Below, one piece after another: positions 33,501 to 44,489 of a stretch of 64,000 nucleotides of DNA. Position numbers and translations under genes: made by a program. The number at the start of each line of letters is the position of its first letter. Position 1 is the stretch's first letter. The DNA comes from an uncultured Candidatus Binatia bacterium. Its GTDB lineage: Bacteria; Desulfobacterota; Binatia; UBA9968; JAJDTQ01. Location: positions 1,184,001-1,248,000 of the forward strand of contig OZ219754.1 of NCBI GenBank assembly GCA_964291295.2. The letters are read 5' to 3'. The notes beneath the pieces are model-generated. The model ran no database searches, was not told the origin of the DNA, and saw nothing but the letters and a program-made list of their open reading frames with translations.

Positions 33501-36307
33501 TGGGAGCGCTCCACCGCCGCCACTTCCGCGGGTGTGCCCGTGGCCACCACCTCGCCGCCGCCGTCGCCGCCCTCGGGCCCCAGGTCGATGATGTGGTCCG
33601 CGCACTTGACGACCTCGGGATTGTGCTCGATCACCATCACCGAATGGCCCTGGTCGATGAGTTCCTGGAGCGCCGCGAGCAGCCGTCGGATGTCGTGGAA
33701 ATGCAGGCCGGTGGTGGGTTCGTCGAAGATGAACAGGGTGCCGGTCTTCGTCGCCCGGACGATGTGGGCAGCCAGCTTGAGGCGCTGGGACTCGCCGCCG
33801 GACAGGGTGGTGACCGGCTGGCCCAGCCGCAGGTAGTCGAGACCTACCCGCGCCAGCGGCCGCAGCCCGCGCACGATCTCCGGCTGGTCGCCGAAGAACT
33901 TCATGGCCTCGGCCACGGTGAGGCCGAGCACGTCGTGGATGTTCCTGCCGCGATAGGCGACCTCCCGAACCTCCTGGCGGTAGCGGGCGCCGCCGCATTC
34001 CGCGCAGGTGGCGTAGACGTCCGAGAGGAACTGCATCTCGACCTTTTCGAACCCTTCGCCGCGGCACGACTCGCAGCGCCCGCCTTCCACGTTGAAGGAG
34101 AAGGTGGAGGCGGTGTAGCCCCGGAACCGCGCCAGGTCCACGCCCGCGAACAGGCGCCGGATGGGGTCGAACGCCTTCATGTAGGTCACCGGGTTGGATC
34201 GGGGCGTCGAGCCCAGGGGAGACTGGTCCACCAGGATCACCTCGGGAACGCGTTCGACGCCGCGGATCTCTTCGCAGTCCGCCACGGTGGCCAGCGGCGA
34301 CGCCTTGAGGCGGCGGAGGTTGCGGGCGATGACCGCGTCCACCAGGCTCGATTTGCCCGAGCCGGACACGCCGGTGACGCACACCAGTCGGCCCAGGGGG
34401 ATGCTCACGTCGATGCCCTTGAGGTTGTTGGCGCGGGCGCCGCGGATGTCCAGGGTCCGTCCCGGTATCCGGGGCCGCCAACGGAGCGGCAGCGGGATGG
34501 TCTTGCGCTGGGTGAGATAGTCGGCGGTGAGGGAGGCGCCGGCGTTCAGCAGTTCGTCACAGGGGCCGGCGAACACCACCTCGCCGCCGTGCTCGCCGGC
34601 CCGCGGTCCCATGTCGATGACGTAGTCGCTCTCCTTGATGATCTCCGGGTCGTGCTCCACCACCACGACGGTGTTGTTGTTGGCGCGCAGCCGGTGCAGG
34701 ATCGCCACCAACCGGTGGCTGTCCCGCGGATGCAGTCCGATGGAGGGCTCGTCCAGCACATAGAGTGTGTTGACCAGCGAGGAGCCGATGGCGGTGGTCA
34801 GGTCCACCCGCTCAAGTTCGCCGCCGGACAGGGTCCGCGACTGCCGGTCCAGTGTCAGGTAGTCGAGGCCGACCCCCATGAGGTAATCCAGGCGGCGGCG
34901 GATCTCGTGGAGGATCAGTCCGGCAACCTGGTCGCTGCCCGGGTCCAGCTTCAGGGACTCGAAGCAGGCCTGGGCTTCGGCCACGCTCATGCGGCTTGTG
35001 TCGGCGATGGTGCGGCCGGCGATGAGGAAGTTCAGGCCCTCGGGCTTGAGGCGGGTTCCCTGGCAATCGGTGCAGGTCACGTAACGCCGGTAACGCGACA
35101 GGAAGACGCGCACGTGCATCTTGTAGCTCTTCCGCTCCAGCCAGTCGAACCAGCCGCGGACGCCGTAGTACTTGCCGTCCTGCCAGCTTCCTTCACCTTC
35201 GAGGATCAGCCGTTGGTGCTCCGGGTCCAGTTCGGCGAAGGGCCGCTCCAGCGGGATGCCCCGACGTTGGCAGAACTTGTCCAGTTCGCGCCGCTCCCAG
35301 CGCGCCACCCGCGTGGTCCATGGCTTGATGGCTCCCTCGGCGATGGACATGGAAGGGTCCGGGACCACCAGGTCGAGATCCAGGTCGATGGAGCGGCCGA
35401 ATCCGTGACAGGTCTCGCACGCACCCAGCGGGCTGTTGAAAGAGAAGAGATTGGGTTGGGGCTCGGCGTAGGACAGGTCGCAGGCGGCACAATGCAGGTG
35501 GTTGCTGAAGCCTTCGCGGCGCCAGCCGTTGTCCATGTCGTGCAGGTCCAGCCTGCCCTTGCCGAACTGGAAGGCCTGCTCCAGCGAGTCCGTGATCCGC
35601 TTGCGCGTGGAACGGCGGTACACGAAACGGTCGCCCACCACGTCGACGCCGCCGCCGGGCGGCTCGTCCAGCGCGCCGATGTCCACCAGCGCGCGGTCCC
35701 GCAGGAGCCGGTGAAACCCCGCCTGCAGCAGGCTTCCCCTGACGTCCTCCCACGGCAGCGACGGCGGCACCGGCACCGGGAAGGTCAGCACCCACCGGAG
35801 CCCCTCGCCCCGGGCTTCGAGTTGCCTGGCGATGGACGGGGCGCTGTCCTTGGTGACGACCTTGCCGCAGCCCGAGCAGTGGAGGACGCCGATCCTGGCG
35901 AACAGGAGCTTCAGGTGATCGTACAGCTCGGTCATGGTGCCCACCGTCGACCGGGAGGTCTTGACCGGGCGGGTCTGGTCGATGGCAATGGTGGGCGGGA
36001 TGTTCTCTACGGCCTCGACGTCCGGCTTCTCCATGCGGTCGAGGAACTGCCGGGCGTAGGCCGAAAAGCTTTCCACGTAGCGGCGCTGGCCCTCGGCGTA
36101 GAGTATGTCGAAGGCGACGGTGGACTTGCCCGACCCGCTGACGCCGGTCACCACCGTCAGCGCGTGGAGGGGGATCCGGAGATCGAGGTCCTTGAGATTG
36201 TTCTGCCGGGCGCCGCGGACGTGGATCCAGCCCGGATCCACGGTGGATGGGGGGCGGGCGGGCGGGCGGCCCGCCGCGGGTCCCGGCCTGGCCCCCGGCT
36301 TAGCCAA
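30590..36307 (-). CDS. uvrA: Double-length excinuclease ABC subunit A (two fused UvrA units)
   Basis: Four GxSGSGKS Walker A motifs, LSGGE signatures, CxxC zinc fingers; 1905 aa; exact start uncertain. Confidence 0.95.
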   Translation of the reverse strand: MAKPGARPGPAAGRPPARPPSTVDPGWIHVRGARQNNLKDLDLRIPLHALTVVTGVSGSGKSTVAFDILYAEGQRRYVESFSAYARQFLDRMEKPDVEAVENIPPTIAIDQTRPVKTSRSTVGTMTELYDHLKLLFARIGVLHCSGCGKVVTKDSAPSIARQLEARGEGLRWVLTFPVPVPPSLPWEDVRGSLLQAGFHRLLRDRALVDIGALDEPPGGGVDVVGDRFVYRRSTRKRITDSLEQAFQFGKGRLDLHDMDNGWRREGFSNHLHCAACDLSYAEPQPNLFSFNSPLGACETCHGFGRSIDLDLDLVVPDPSMSIAEGAIKPWTTRVARWERRELDKFCQRRGIPLERPFAELDPEHQRLILEGEGSWQDGKYYGVRGWFDWLERKSYKMHVRVFLSRYRRYVTCTDCQGTRLKPEGLNFLIAGRTIADTSRMSVAEAQACFESLKLDPGSDQVAGLILHEIRRRLDYLMGVGLDYLTLDRQSRTLSGGELERVDLTTAIGSSLVNTLYVLDEPSIGLHPRDSHRLVAILHRLRANNNTVVVVEHDPEIIKESDYVIDMGPRAGEHGGEVVFAGPCDELLNAGASLTADYLTQRKTIPLPLRWRPRIPGRTLDIRGARANNLKGIDVSIPLGRLVCVTGVSGSGKSSLVDAVIARNLRRLKASPLATVADCEEIRGVERVPEVILVDQSPLGSTPRSNPVTYMKAFDPIRRLFAGVDLARFRGYTASTFSFNVEGGRCESCRGEGFEKVEMQFLSDVYATCAECGGARYRQEVREVAYRGRNIHDVLGLTVAEAMKFFGDQPEIVRGLRPLARVGLDYLRLGQPVTTLSGGESQRLKLAAHIVRATKTGTLFIFDEPTTGLHFHDIRRLLAALQELIDQGHSVMVIEHNPEVVKCADHIIDLGPEGGDGGGEVVATGTPAEVAAVERSHTGRYLKAHLAPASDRFAPTLAGTRPAGRVNGRGAIQVVGAREHNLKGIDVDIPRDRLVVVTGLSGSGKSSLAFDIIYADGQRRYIDSLSAYARQFMKIMARPDVDMLAGIPPTVAIEQRLSQGGRNSTVATVTELYHYLRLLYAKVGRQYCPQCGGAITSLTRSRILDRVGRKYRGREITVLSPVVRGRKGYHKDVLTAARRLGYVRARIDGTLTVLNAGLLQQGLGRFHEHDIDIVVDTVQAGRVRMETVLSQGLRLGNGVIHVLSDGAEETYNERLFCRACGVGYEPLDPRLFSFNSRQGACPECGGAGSAQEFDADRIVAEPGWSLNDVVNRLCAGAPEGGAALKRQLSQRQAELQQKLGVSGVTPLGALSPSQRQAVLHGRKRPSVPGLLALLAGLRVKGDGALAGYLASFMSERTCGACQGARLNPRARNVRIAGKAIWQITALSVKEALGRFASLGERLARESGDKERLVLQKTRKEIQHKLRFLDEVGLGYLTLDRRANTLSGGEAQRVRLAAQLGSNLRGVCYILDEPTIGLHTRDNHRLLATLRRLVEAGNSVLVVEHDEATIRAADVLVDLGPGAGARGGRVVAMGTPDEVCANPDSVTGAFLGAPRRRLWPERPLKGHPWLVVDGARENNLRNLKVRLPLGMWTCVTGVSGSGKSTLVKEVLFKGLKAKLGQSAGPPGRHQSLTGWEPIERAVEVDQTPIGKTPRSVPASYVGFLDEIRRIYALNPEARMRGYTPSRFSFNVGGGRCGECAGQGRIRKEMSFLPDVFVNCEGCGGRRFNEETLSVRFNGRNISEVLRMTVEEAAVFFRAFPKAYRPLKLLEDIGMGYITLGQASNTLSGGEAQRIKLACELGKESRGKTLYILDEPTTGLHFADVEKLIDILHRLVDTGNTVITIEHNLEIIKDADYLVDLGPEGGDKGGRVVAHGPPSRVAQDGKRSCTARALREYLEANGADPGCI

Positions 36308-36599
36308 TTCCCAGCTTCTGGCGTGCTTCCTCGCTGATCCGGCTCGGATCCCAGGGCGGATCCCACACCAGATCCACGTTGGCTTCCCGGACGCCGGGGA
36401 TCTCCATGATGAGCGACTGGGCGTTGCCCGCGATCATGCCGCCCATGCCGCATCCCGGTGCGGTCAGGGTCATCTTGACCGCCACGTTGTCGTCCTCCAC
36501 CTCGACGTCGTACACCAGGCCGAGATCCACGATGTTCACCGGGATTTCGGGGTCGTAACACTCCTGCAGCGCCTCGTAGACCTGTTCCTTGGTAACCAT
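36300..36599 (-). CDS. DUF59/SufT-like Fe-S cluster assembly factor
   Basis: DPEIPVNIVDLGLVY, MTLTAPGC, WDPPW. Confidence 0.92.
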   Translation of the reverse strand: MVTKEQVYEALQECYDPEIPVNIVDLGLVYDVEVEDDNVAVKMTLTAPGCGMGGMIAGNAQSLIMEIPGVREANVDLVWDPPWDPSRISEEARQKLGIG

Positions 36600-36611
36600 G
36601 ATTCCTCCGGG

Positions 36612-36917
36612 TCAACTTTTCCCGCATTCCCGGCATGGGCACAGCGAACGCAGGTAGTTGAAGGTGTAGATGCCGGTGACGTGCCCGTCGCTCCAGCGAA
36701 AACCGATGGCGTAGTTGCCCACCGGTTCGATGGCATCCAGCCCCGCGTCGGACACTTCCACGAAGCGTTTCGCGGCGGCCTCGTGTCCCTGGCAGAGGGC
36801 GCAGGGGCACCAGCCTCTCAGGTACTCCCTGGGATACTCGCCCGAGTGCCCGTCGTCCCAAGTGATGCGGACAATGCCCGAGGCCTTGACGTGATTGATC
36901 TCTACCGGAACGGCCAC
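36612..36917 (-). CDS. DUF971 (GBBH-like N-terminal) protein
   Basis: ITWDDGH, LRGWCPCALC, VGNYA, WSDGHVTGIY; GTG start at 36917. Confidence 0.88.
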   Translation of the reverse strand: MAVPVEINHVKASGIVRITWDDGHSGEYPREYLRGWCPCALCQGHEAAAKRFVEVSDAGLDAIEPVGNYAIGFRWSDGHVTGIYTFNYLRSLCPCRECGKS

Positions 36918-36946
36918 CGGTGTCCCGCCTGCTTCTCCGGTCCGGC

Positions 36947-38044
36947 TCAGGTGGTCACGATCTTGAGCCCGGGCGCCTTGCGGGCGGCCTCGGCGGCGAT
37001 GGAAAGCTGGCCGGCCAGCCGCGCCGCCACCTGCAGGAGAGCCTTTCCGGTGGGCGAGTCGGGCTCCCGGGCCAGGATCGGCGTTCCCTTGTCGCCCCAC
37101 TCGCGGATGGCGGCAACCATGGGGATCTCGCCGAGAAAGGGTACGCCGAAACTGTCGGCGGCCCGCTGGGCGCCGCCTCGGGAGAAGATCTCGTGCCGCT
37201 TGCCGCAGCCGTCGCACACGAACCCGCTCATGTTTTCCACCATTCCGACGATGGGGATCTGAACCTTGTCGAACATCGACTTGGCCCGCACCACGTCCGC
37301 CAGCGCCACGTCCTGGGGCGTGGCCACCAGCACCGCGCCGCTGCACTTGAGCTGCTGCGAGAAGGTGATCTGCACGTCGCCGGTCCCTGGCGGCATGTCC
37401 ACCACCAGATAGTCCAGGTCGCCCCAATGCACGTCGGACATGAGCTGCTGCAAGGCCTTGCCGAGCATGGGGCCGCGCCATATCACCGCCTGGTCCCGCT
37501 CCAGGAAGAACCCGATGGACATTACCGGCACGCCGTGGGCCGTCGGCGGCGCCAGCTTGACGCCGCCCTCCACCTCCACCTTGCCCGGCTCCTCCTTGAC
37601 GCCCATGAGGATGGGCACCGACGGCCCGTAGATGTCCGCGTCCAGGAGTCCCGCGGCGGCGCCGAGCATCCGGAGCCCAACCGCGAGGTTGGCCGCCACC
37701 GTGGACTTGCCCACGCCGCCCTTTCCTGCCGCCACCAGCACGATGTTCCTGACGCTCGGCAGGAGGTCGGTGGTGCCCGCGCCGGACTTGCTGCCGCGCA
37801 CCTGGGCGCCGAACTCGAGGGCCAGCTCCGAGACACCGAGGGGTGCCAGGGCCTGCTCCACGTCGGCCCTGATCCGGTCCTTGAGCGGGCACGCCGGCGT
37901 TGTCAACTCCACGGTCAGGGACACCTTGCCGTCCGACACCGCCAGGTTCTTCACCATGTCCAGGGCGACGATGTCCCTGTGCAGTTCGGGATCCTGGACG
38001 GTCGCGAGGGCTGCGAGAACGGTTTCCGGTGTGGCACTGGCCAT
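36947..38044 (-). CDS. mrp: Mrp/ApbC/NBP35 Fe-S cluster carrier ATPase
   Basis: GKGGVGKST, DADIYGPS, WRGPM, DMPPGTGD, ENMS..CxxC. Confidence 0.95.
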   Translation of the reverse strand: MASATPETVLAALATVQDPELHRDIVALDMVKNLAVSDGKVSLTVELTTPACPLKDRIRADVEQALAPLGVSELALEFGAQVRGSKSGAGTTDLLPSVRNIVLVAAGKGGVGKSTVAANLAVGLRMLGAAAGLLDADIYGPSVPILMGVKEEPGKVEVEGGVKLAPPTAHGVPVMSIGFFLERDQAVIWRGPMLGKALQQLMSDVHWGDLDYLVVDMPPGTGDVQITFSQQLKCSGAVLVATPQDVALADVVRAKSMFDKVQIPIVGMVENMSGFVCDGCGKRHEIFSRGGAQRAADSFGVPFLGEIPMVAAIREWGDKGTPILAREPDSPTGKALLQVAARLAGQLSIAAEAARKAPGLKIVTT

Positions 38045-38208
38045 GTCGCTCCTCTTTTCCGCGTCGGTGTGGTGCTGCCGGAACCGCGTGCCGCAAGGTG
38101 TTCCGGCAGGCGGCGTCCCGGAGACGATGCCCCGAATGTGTTCCTCTCTCTCCCGCGCGCTGCCGGCATCGTGCGAAGGGTCGGGTCGTCAAGCCGGAGG
38201 ATAATTGA

Positions 38209-38237
38209 ACTATAGACTTGCGCAGCCCCGATTTCAA
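38209..38237 (-). promoter_or_regulatory. Sigma70-like promoter for the mrp operon
   Basis: Minus strand TTGAAA (38237-38232) - 17 nt - TATAGT (38214-38209). Confidence 0.55.
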
Positions 38238-38285
38238 TCTGCGTCGATCTGCGCGGGGGCGCCGGTTGGCCCGGAAGCGGCCGTC

Positions 38286-39812
38286 TCAGTCCGTCCGGTG
38301 CTCCGGTCGCAGCAGGTCCAGCACGCTCTTCACCGGGGCGAAGGTGTCGGCGGGCAACTCCACGAACACCGTGTTCCAGCGCGCCATGCCGCCGTTCCAG
38401 AGGCCCGGGTGCTCCAGCGCCTTGAGCGGGCGGCCGCGGCTGGACTTCACGGAGACGAAGGCGGCGCTGGGGTCGCGGAAGCGCATGAGGTCGAAGCCCG
38501 CCCCGGAGTGGTCGCGGAGGCCGCAGACCAGGTCCGCGGGGTTGAAGTGGGTGGCGGCGCCAAGCACCGCCCGCTGGCGCGGGTCGGTCATGTCCACCTG
38601 CGAAGACTCGACGATCTGAAGCGAGCCGGCGCCGTCGGAGCCCCTGACCCAGAAGGGGCCCCCGCCCGGTTCTCCCGCCGCCGGGACCATGCCGCACACC
38701 CGCAACGGACGATTCAGGGTCTCCCGCAGGAAGCGTACACGCCGGGCCATGGGCGCGCGCGCCAAGGCCGCCGGCGGCACCACGGACAGCGACGCGCGGG
38801 CGAAGTCCGCCGCTTCTTTCACCAACGACGGCGCCGCGTCCGGGCCGAGCCGCCGAAGATAGTCGAAAACCCGGGCCTGAAGCTCCACCAGAAGACCCGC
38901 CAGCGCCTTCCGGCAGCGGATGGCGGTACCCGGATGGGCCGAGACGTTGTCGATGTTCTGAATGAACACGATGTCGCCCCCGACCTCGTTCAGGTTCGCC
39001 AGCAGCGCGCCATGGCCCCCCGGCCGAAGCCACAGGCTGCCGTCCGGTTCCCGGAACGGTTGGTTGTCCGGCGTGGCCGCCAGGGTGTCGGTGGCGGGAC
39101 GCTGTTCCGACAGGGTCACTTCGAAATGTGTGTCCCGACCCTGGTGGCGGCGGCACGCGCCGGCGATGTGACGTTCCATGGCCGCACGATGTTCGGGCGA
39201 GACGGTGAAGTGGATCCGGGCGGTGCCGCGGCGGTCGCACGCATATGCGCGGGCTTCCATCAGATGCTCCGCCACGGGCGTGCGGACTCCGTCGGGATGA
39301 CGATGAAACGGGATCAGCGCCTTGGGCAGCCGGGCGTAGCCGAGTCCCGGGGTTTCGAGCAGGCAGTGCCGTATCGCATCGAACCGTCCGGTGGCGTGCA
39401 CGTGCGCGCCGCCATCCTTGAGCTTCGCCTCGAGCTCGGGATGGAAGGCGAACTCTTCCAGCCGCTCCATGAACTCCCGCAACGCCGGCGGTTCCCGCAG
39501 GTCGCGGACCGCCGCCGTGTCCGTGGCCGCCGGCGACAGCACCTGGAACAGCCGGGTGGCCACCCCGGACGCCGGAACGAACTTCAGGCATCGTCCGTCC
39601 CGAGCCGCCGCCTCGCCGCGCCGGCCAAGCCGTTCGAACTCGGCGCCGTCCAGGACCAGGATGCCGTCGCCCCGGGTGCAGGGGCGGTCGAGCCGGGCCC
39701 GGGGCATCCCGGCGGTGAGCGCCGCCAGTTGTTCCACAGCCAGCCCGGGGTCGATGCCGTGATCCCGGAGCTGCTGCAGGTCGCGCTCGGTGAACGGATG
39801 GAAAGCGGGCAT
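38286..39812 (-). CDS. DUF4301 family protein
   Basis: KFVPASGVATR, FTVSPEH, RPGGHGAL, GEPGGGPF, THFNP, LEHPGLWNG. Confidence 0.9.
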   Translation of the reverse strand: MPAFHPFTERDLQQLRDHGIDPGLAVEQLAALTAGMPRARLDRPCTRGDGILVLDGAEFERLGRRGEAAARDGRCLKFVPASGVATRLFQVLSPAATDTAAVRDLREPPALREFMERLEEFAFHPELEAKLKDGGAHVHATGRFDAIRHCLLETPGLGYARLPKALIPFHRHPDGVRTPVAEHLMEARAYACDRRGTARIHFTVSPEHRAAMERHIAGACRRHQGRDTHFEVTLSEQRPATDTLAATPDNQPFREPDGSLWLRPGGHGALLANLNEVGGDIVFIQNIDNVSAHPGTAIRCRKALAGLLVELQARVFDYLRRLGPDAAPSLVKEAADFARASLSVVPPAALARAPMARRVRFLRETLNRPLRVCGMVPAAGEPGGGPFWVRGSDGAGSLQIVESSQVDMTDPRQRAVLGAATHFNPADLVCGLRDHSGAGFDLMRFRDPSAAFVSVKSSRGRPLKALEHPGLWNGGMARWNTVFVELPADTFAPVKSVLDLLRPEHRTD

Positions 39813-39900
39813 GGCAGCGGAGGTCGGGTTAGCGGGGCATGGCGGCGGAGGCCGGATGACAGCGAGCGGGCAGACGGGTGGTGTCGCGAGGCCGCCGGGG

Positions 39901-40374
39901 TCACGCCGGGTGTTTCGTCCGCCTGGCCGTCTTCACCCGTTCGTCGTCTTCGTCGTTCATGTACCCGCGGCAGTCCCCGGCGCCGCACACGCATTCATGC
40001 AGTTCGTCCGACTGGAGCCGGTAATCGAAGGTGATCTCCTCTCCTTCGGCGATGTGCCGTTCGGCGATGAACCAGATCCGGTTGCGGATGATGTCCACCC
40101 AGGCATTGCCGTCACAGGAGTGGTTGGCAAACCGCGCTTCGTTGCCGTTCAGCGAGCCGTCCACGTCGTACTTGTCGTTCAGGGTGAAGAGGTAGGTGAG
40201 CTCCTCGTCGTTCCTGGACAGGGTGGTGCCCTCGCCGGAAGGGACCTTCTCGCCCCTGTATTCGATGATGCGCCGGCCCCGTCTGATCCGTTCGCCGGCG
40301 AACAGACCGTCGCCGTGAATCGCGGACTTGTCCACGAACACCTTCGGAAGCGTGCGCTTCGACGCCTTTGCCAC
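39901..40374 (-). CDS. SET domain protein-lysine methyltransferase
   Basis: HGDGLFA, RFANHSC, EITFDY, post-SET CVCGAGDC. Confidence 0.92.
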   Translation of the reverse strand: MAKASKRTLPKVFVDKSAIHGDGLFAGERIRRGRRIIEYRGEKVPSGEGTTLSRNDEELTYLFTLNDKYDVDGSLNGNEARFANHSCDGNAWVDIIRNRIWFIAERHIAEGEEITFDYRLQSDELHECVCGAGDCRGYMNDEDDERVKTARRTKHPA

Positions 40375-40665
40375 CCACGTCCTTTCCCCCGGCGAATATC
40401 GACAGCGGAGGAATCATACCATTCGCCGGGCGGAAAGTTGATTTGCCGGGATCGCATGACGGGAGAGCATTCCGCGCGACCGCGCGGGCCGACCCCGCGG
40501 CCCCTCACCCGCACCCGGGTTCGTCCGGACCGACAGCCCCGCACGTCCGGCCACCCGGCTCCATCGCCTTGCCGCTGTTCCGGTAATCCGGTACGAATAG
40601 CCCCCATCCGCCTCGTGACGACACGCGGGACCGGATGCCGAATCCATGAACAAGGAAGGGGAACG

Positions 40666-42381
40666 ATGGCCAGGACAACCCTGTTGAATGTGACCGTGGC
40701 GGATGCCTATCTGGCGCTGCTGGCGGACCGCGGCGTGGACTGCTTCTTCGCCAATGCCGGCACGGACTTTGCCCCCATCGTGGAGGCCATGGCCAAGGCG
40801 CGGTCGCTGGAGACCCGGATTCCCGAGCCGATCACCTGTCCGCACGAGAACACCGCGATGCACATGGCCATCGGCTACTATCTGGTGACCGGCAGGCCCC
40901 AGGCAGTGATGGTGCACGTCAATGTGGGCACCGCCAACGGCATGAACGGTTTTCTGAACGCCGCCCGCGGCAACATTCCCATGCTGTTCACCGCCGGCCG
41001 CACCCCGACCAACGAAGACGGGCTGGCCGGCCACCGGAGCCTGGACATCCACTGGACCCAGGAGATGTTCGACCAGGCTTCCATGGTGCGCGAGGCGGCC
41101 AAGTGGGACTACGAGCTGCGTAACGGCAGGCAGACGGAAACCATCGTGGACCGGGCGCTGTCGGTGGCTGGCAGCGAGCCCACCGGCCCGGTCTATCTGA
41201 GCCTCCCCCGGGAGGTCCTGGCCGAGCAGATGGACGAATTCACCTACGAATCGCCGGGACGCCAGCACGCGCCGGCGCCGCCCCGCCCCAACGCGGCGGC
41301 CACCGATGAGGCGGCGGCGCTGCTGGCCGGCGCCCGGAATCCGCTCATCATCACCAACTGGGCGGGCCGGAATCCGCGGGTGTGGCAGCCTCTGGGCGAG
41401 TTGGCCGAGCGCTACGCGGTCCCGGTGGTGCAATACCGCAACCGCTACATGTCGCTGCCCACGGATCACCCCATGAACCTTGGGTACGATCTCGTCCCGC
41501 TGCTGGGCCAGGCAGACGTCATCCTGGCCATCGACGTGGCGGTGCCGTGGCTCCCGGCCACCGACAAGGTGCGCGACGACGCCAAGGTCATCCACATGGG
41601 CGCGGACCCTCTGCACAGCTACGTGCCGTTGCGCGGCCACCCCTGCGACCTTGCGCTGGCGTGCGGCACCGACGTCGGCCTCGTGGTCCTGGCCGACGCC
41701 ATGTCCGCCCACGAAGCCCGGTTCCGGCAACAGATCGACAAGCGCCGGAAGGTGCTGGCGGAGATGTGGCGCACACAGCGCGAAGGCTGGGCGAAACGGC
41801 TTGACGAGGTCAGGGACCAGAAGCCGCTGCATCCGGTGTGGGTCACCCACTGCATCAACCAGATCAAGGACAACGACACCATCGTCGTGAAGGAGTCGCC
41901 GCTCGCCTCGTCGCACATCGACATCACGCAACCCGGCACGCTGCTCAACGCGGGCGCGGCCTCGGGCCTGGGGCACGGCCTTGGCGTGGCCCTGGGCGCC
42001 AAGCTCGCGGCCCGGGACCGGCTGGTGATCGGCACCCACGGCGACGGCTCCTACATGTTCGGCAATCCCGTCGCGAGCCACTACGTGGGGGCGGAGCAGA
42101 AGCTTCCCATTCTCACGGTGATCTTCAACAACCAGCGCTGGCAGGCGGTGCGCCGGGCCACCGTGGGACTTCATCCCGAGGGCTACGCGGCCCGGAGCCC
42201 CCATCAGCCCATCACCATGCTCGACAGCATCGACAAGTACGAAAAGGCGGTGGAGGCGGCCGACGGCTGTGGCCAGCGGGTGGAGGATCCCGCCGACCTC
42301 ATGCCGGCGCTGGAACGGGGCCTCAAGGCGGTTCGGGTGGAGCAGCGGCAGGCGGTGGTCAACGTGATCTGCTCGGCGTAG
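40666..42381 (+). CDS. Thiamine pyrophosphate-requiring enzyme (acetolactate synthase-like)
   Basis: NAGTDF, PHE, HVNVGTAN, GDGS...NN TPP motif. Confidence 0.9.
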   Translation: MARTTLLNVTVADAYLALLADRGVDCFFANAGTDFAPIVEAMAKARSLETRIPEPITCPHENTAMHMAIGYYLVTGRPQAVMVHVNVGTANGMNGFLNAARGNIPMLFTAGRTPTNEDGLAGHRSLDIHWTQEMFDQASMVREAAKWDYELRNGRQTETIVDRALSVAGSEPTGPVYLSLPREVLAEQMDEFTYESPGRQHAPAPPRPNAAATDEAAALLAGARNPLIITNWAGRNPRVWQPLGELAERYAVPVVQYRNRYMSLPTDHPMNLGYDLVPLLGQADVILAIDVAVPWLPATDKVRDDAKVIHMGADPLHSYVPLRGHPCDLALACGTDVGLVVLADAMSAHEARFRQQIDKRRKVLAEMWRTQREGWAKRLDEVRDQKPLHPVWVTHCINQIKDNDTIVVKESPLASSHIDITQPGTLLNAGAASGLGHGLGVALGAKLAARDRLVIGTHGDGSYMFGNPVASHYVGAEQKLPILTVIFNNQRWQAVRRATVGLHPEGYAARSPHQPITMLDSIDKYEKAVEAADGCGQRVEDPADLMPALERGLKAVRVEQRQAVVNVICSA

Positions 42382-43393
42382 CCGGGCGCGGCGCGCCTCC
42401 CTGCAGATAACCCTTCTCCCGGTAGTACCGTTCGGCGCCGGGGTGCAGCGGCAGGTCCAGCGGCCCGTTCGGGGTGTCGGTGCAGAACTGCGCCATGGGC
42501 GGTATCCCGGGCGTGTCGTACGGGATGTGCTCGCGCATCTGCTCGATGACGCTCACCACGTGGTAGGCCAGTTCGTCCGGCAGGCCGGCGTGGGTGACGA
42601 TGGGCCAGCCGCTGAAGTCCACGGCGGTCACCGGCTCCGGCAGCTTGCCGTCGAACAGCGGTCCGTCCAGGAGCGCGCGGGTGAAGCCGTAGCGGTCGAG
42701 CCGCGCCATGGCCCGGGGCGAGAAGTGCAGGAAGGCCATCTCCTGTTCCACCGCCGCTCCGGCCCAGGAGGGCAGACCCTCGTCGATGACGGCGTCCACC
42801 TCGCCGGAGGCGATGCCCTCCAGGCGCCGGGGGTTGCTCGGCCGCACCACCGGCTCCACCACGCCGCCCCACTCCTCGAAGGTCGCGAGGCTCATTCCGT
42901 GAGCCCGCAGCACAGCGTGGATGGCGAAGTCGACGCAGTCGTTGGCGGCCACCGAAACGCGCAACGCGGGCCGTTGCCGCTTGAGTTCATCCATGGACCG
43001 GATGCCGTGCCGGCGCGCCACCGCCACCACCAGGCGGTCGCTTGACGGGAACACCGCCAGCGCCCGCAGCGGCAGCGGCTTGCGGAAAGCGCCGCGTCCG
43101 TGAAAGGCCATGGAGGCGATGACCGAGGGGTTGAGCCAGCCGATGTCGATCTTGCCCCGCCCCACCAGGCGCGCCCCCTGGATGCCGCTGCACCAGGCCG
43201 GGCTGATGGCGATGTTGAAGGCGAAGGGAGGCCCCGCCGAGACCGCGGCGCCGGGCAGTTCCACCGACAGCCTGATGGCGCTGGTCATCAGGGTGGGTAC
43301 GGTGTCGTAGAGGCCCGAGAGGAGCCGGGTGCCGATGCGGGCCCGCAACAGGCTCGAGCTCATGGGTTTCACGCTGCGGTCGTCGTAGGTCAT
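42359..43393 (-). CDS. TAXI-family solute-binding-like protein
   Basis: LRALAVFP, PLHPGAERYYRE C-terminal motif; no evident signal peptide. Confidence 0.7.
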   Translation of the reverse strand: MTYDDRSVKPMSSSLLRARIGTRLLSGLYDTVPTLMTSAIRLSVELPGAAVSAGPPFAFNIAISPAWCSGIQGARLVGRGKIDIGWLNPSVIASMAFHGRGAFRKPLPLRALAVFPSSDRLVVAVARRHGIRSMDELKRQRPALRVSVAANDCVDFAIHAVLRAHGMSLATFEEWGGVVEPVVRPSNPRRLEGIASGEVDAVIDEGLPSWAGAAVEQEMAFLHFSPRAMARLDRYGFTRALLDGPLFDGKLPEPVTAVDFSGWPIVTHAGLPDELAYHVVSVIEQMREHIPYDTPGIPPMAQFCTDTPNGPLDLPLHPGAERYYREKGYLQGGAPRPATPSRSR

Positions 43394-43560
43394 GGTTGCG
43401 CTCTCCTTTCCGTACCCCCCTCTCCCCCGGGCCGGGGCCGTCCGGCAAGGTTAGCCTATCCCGCATCGCTGTTGTATAGTGTGCCGTCTCCCGCGAACCG
43501 CCGTTCCGTTTGCCGCAGCCCTGCCCGGCCGGCGGCGAGACCCGCCGCAAGATACCCCGG

Positions 43561-44421
43561 ATGGCAACACTGACCGCCCTGGCAGCCGCTTTCTTCTTCG
43601 GTTCTGCCCACATTCTGGTGCGCTACGGCCTGCGCACCGGCTCGCCCACCACCGCCATCACCTTCAACATCGTGACCATGGGCGCCGTGCTGCTGGCGGT
43701 CATGGGGCCGTTGGCGGACTGGCGGCAGGCGTTGCTGCCGGCTGTGGGTTGGTTCATGCTGGCCGGAGCGGTGGCGCCCCTGACCACCCAGTTCCTGTTC
43801 TACGCGGCCATTTCCCGGGTGGGCGTCGCCCGGGCTTCGCCGCTCCGGAACACCTCGCCCCTGTTCGCCGGCCTGTTGGCCGTCACGTGGCTGGGAGAGC
43901 AATGGACGCTGACGCTTGCCAGCGGTACCCTGCTGATCATCCTGGGCGCGACCGTGCTGGGAATGCGCGATGCCAAGGCCCTCACGGCCTTTCGCAAGCG
44001 CGACCTGCTGTTCGCTCTGGGCGCCGCGGTCCTCGGAGGCGCCGCCAGCCCCATTCGCAAGTTCGGCTATTCGATGTTGACGTCGGTGCCGCTGGCCATC
44101 TGCCTGACGCTGATGGGGAGCCTCGGCGGCCTTCTCCTCTACCTGGCGGCGGGGCGCGGCCGCCGCGACGTCAGGGTCAATCGGGGCACGCTGCTCTGGT
44201 TCGGCCTCTCCGGCGTGGTCACGAGCTGCGGCATCACTTCCTACATGGTGGCGCTGAGCCTCGGCGACGTGGTGCTGGTGGATCCCCTGATCGCCACCAC
44301 GCCGCTGTTCTCGGTGACCTTCACCCACCTCCTGCTGAAGGAGCAGGAACGGGTCACGTCCAAGGCGGTCCTCGGCGCGCTGCTGGTATGCGCCGGCGGC
44401 GTGGTGCTGGCCGCCTTCTGA
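43561..44421 (+). CDS. DMT/EamA family transporter
   Basis: About 10 hydrophobic helices in two repeats (SPLF...LGE, TPLF...LKE). Confidence 0.88.
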   Translation: MATLTALAAAFFFGSAHILVRYGLRTGSPTTAITFNIVTMGAVLLAVMGPLADWRQALLPAVGWFMLAGAVAPLTTQFLFYAAISRVGVARASPLRNTSPLFAGLLAVTWLGEQWTLTLASGTLLIILGATVLGMRDAKALTAFRKRDLLFALGAAVLGGAASPIRKFGYSMLTSVPLAICLTLMGSLGGLLLYLAAGRGRRDVRVNRGTLLWFGLSGVVTSCGITSYMVALSLGDVVLVDPLIATTPLFSVTFTHLLLKEQERVTSKAVLGALLVCAGGVVLAAF

Positions 44422-44489
44422 ACACTGCCTGCCCGGTCCTGAGGGCGTTGGTTGACACGGCCCGGAGCGGCGGTTAAGCCGCATGTCTC

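Noticed and set aside
30668-36337. 1889-aa plus-strand ORF, and similar long ORFs at 47492..51775, 12862..15249 and 19282..21795
   Set aside because: Antisense shadows of well-supported genes in high-GC DNA; no recognisable motifs
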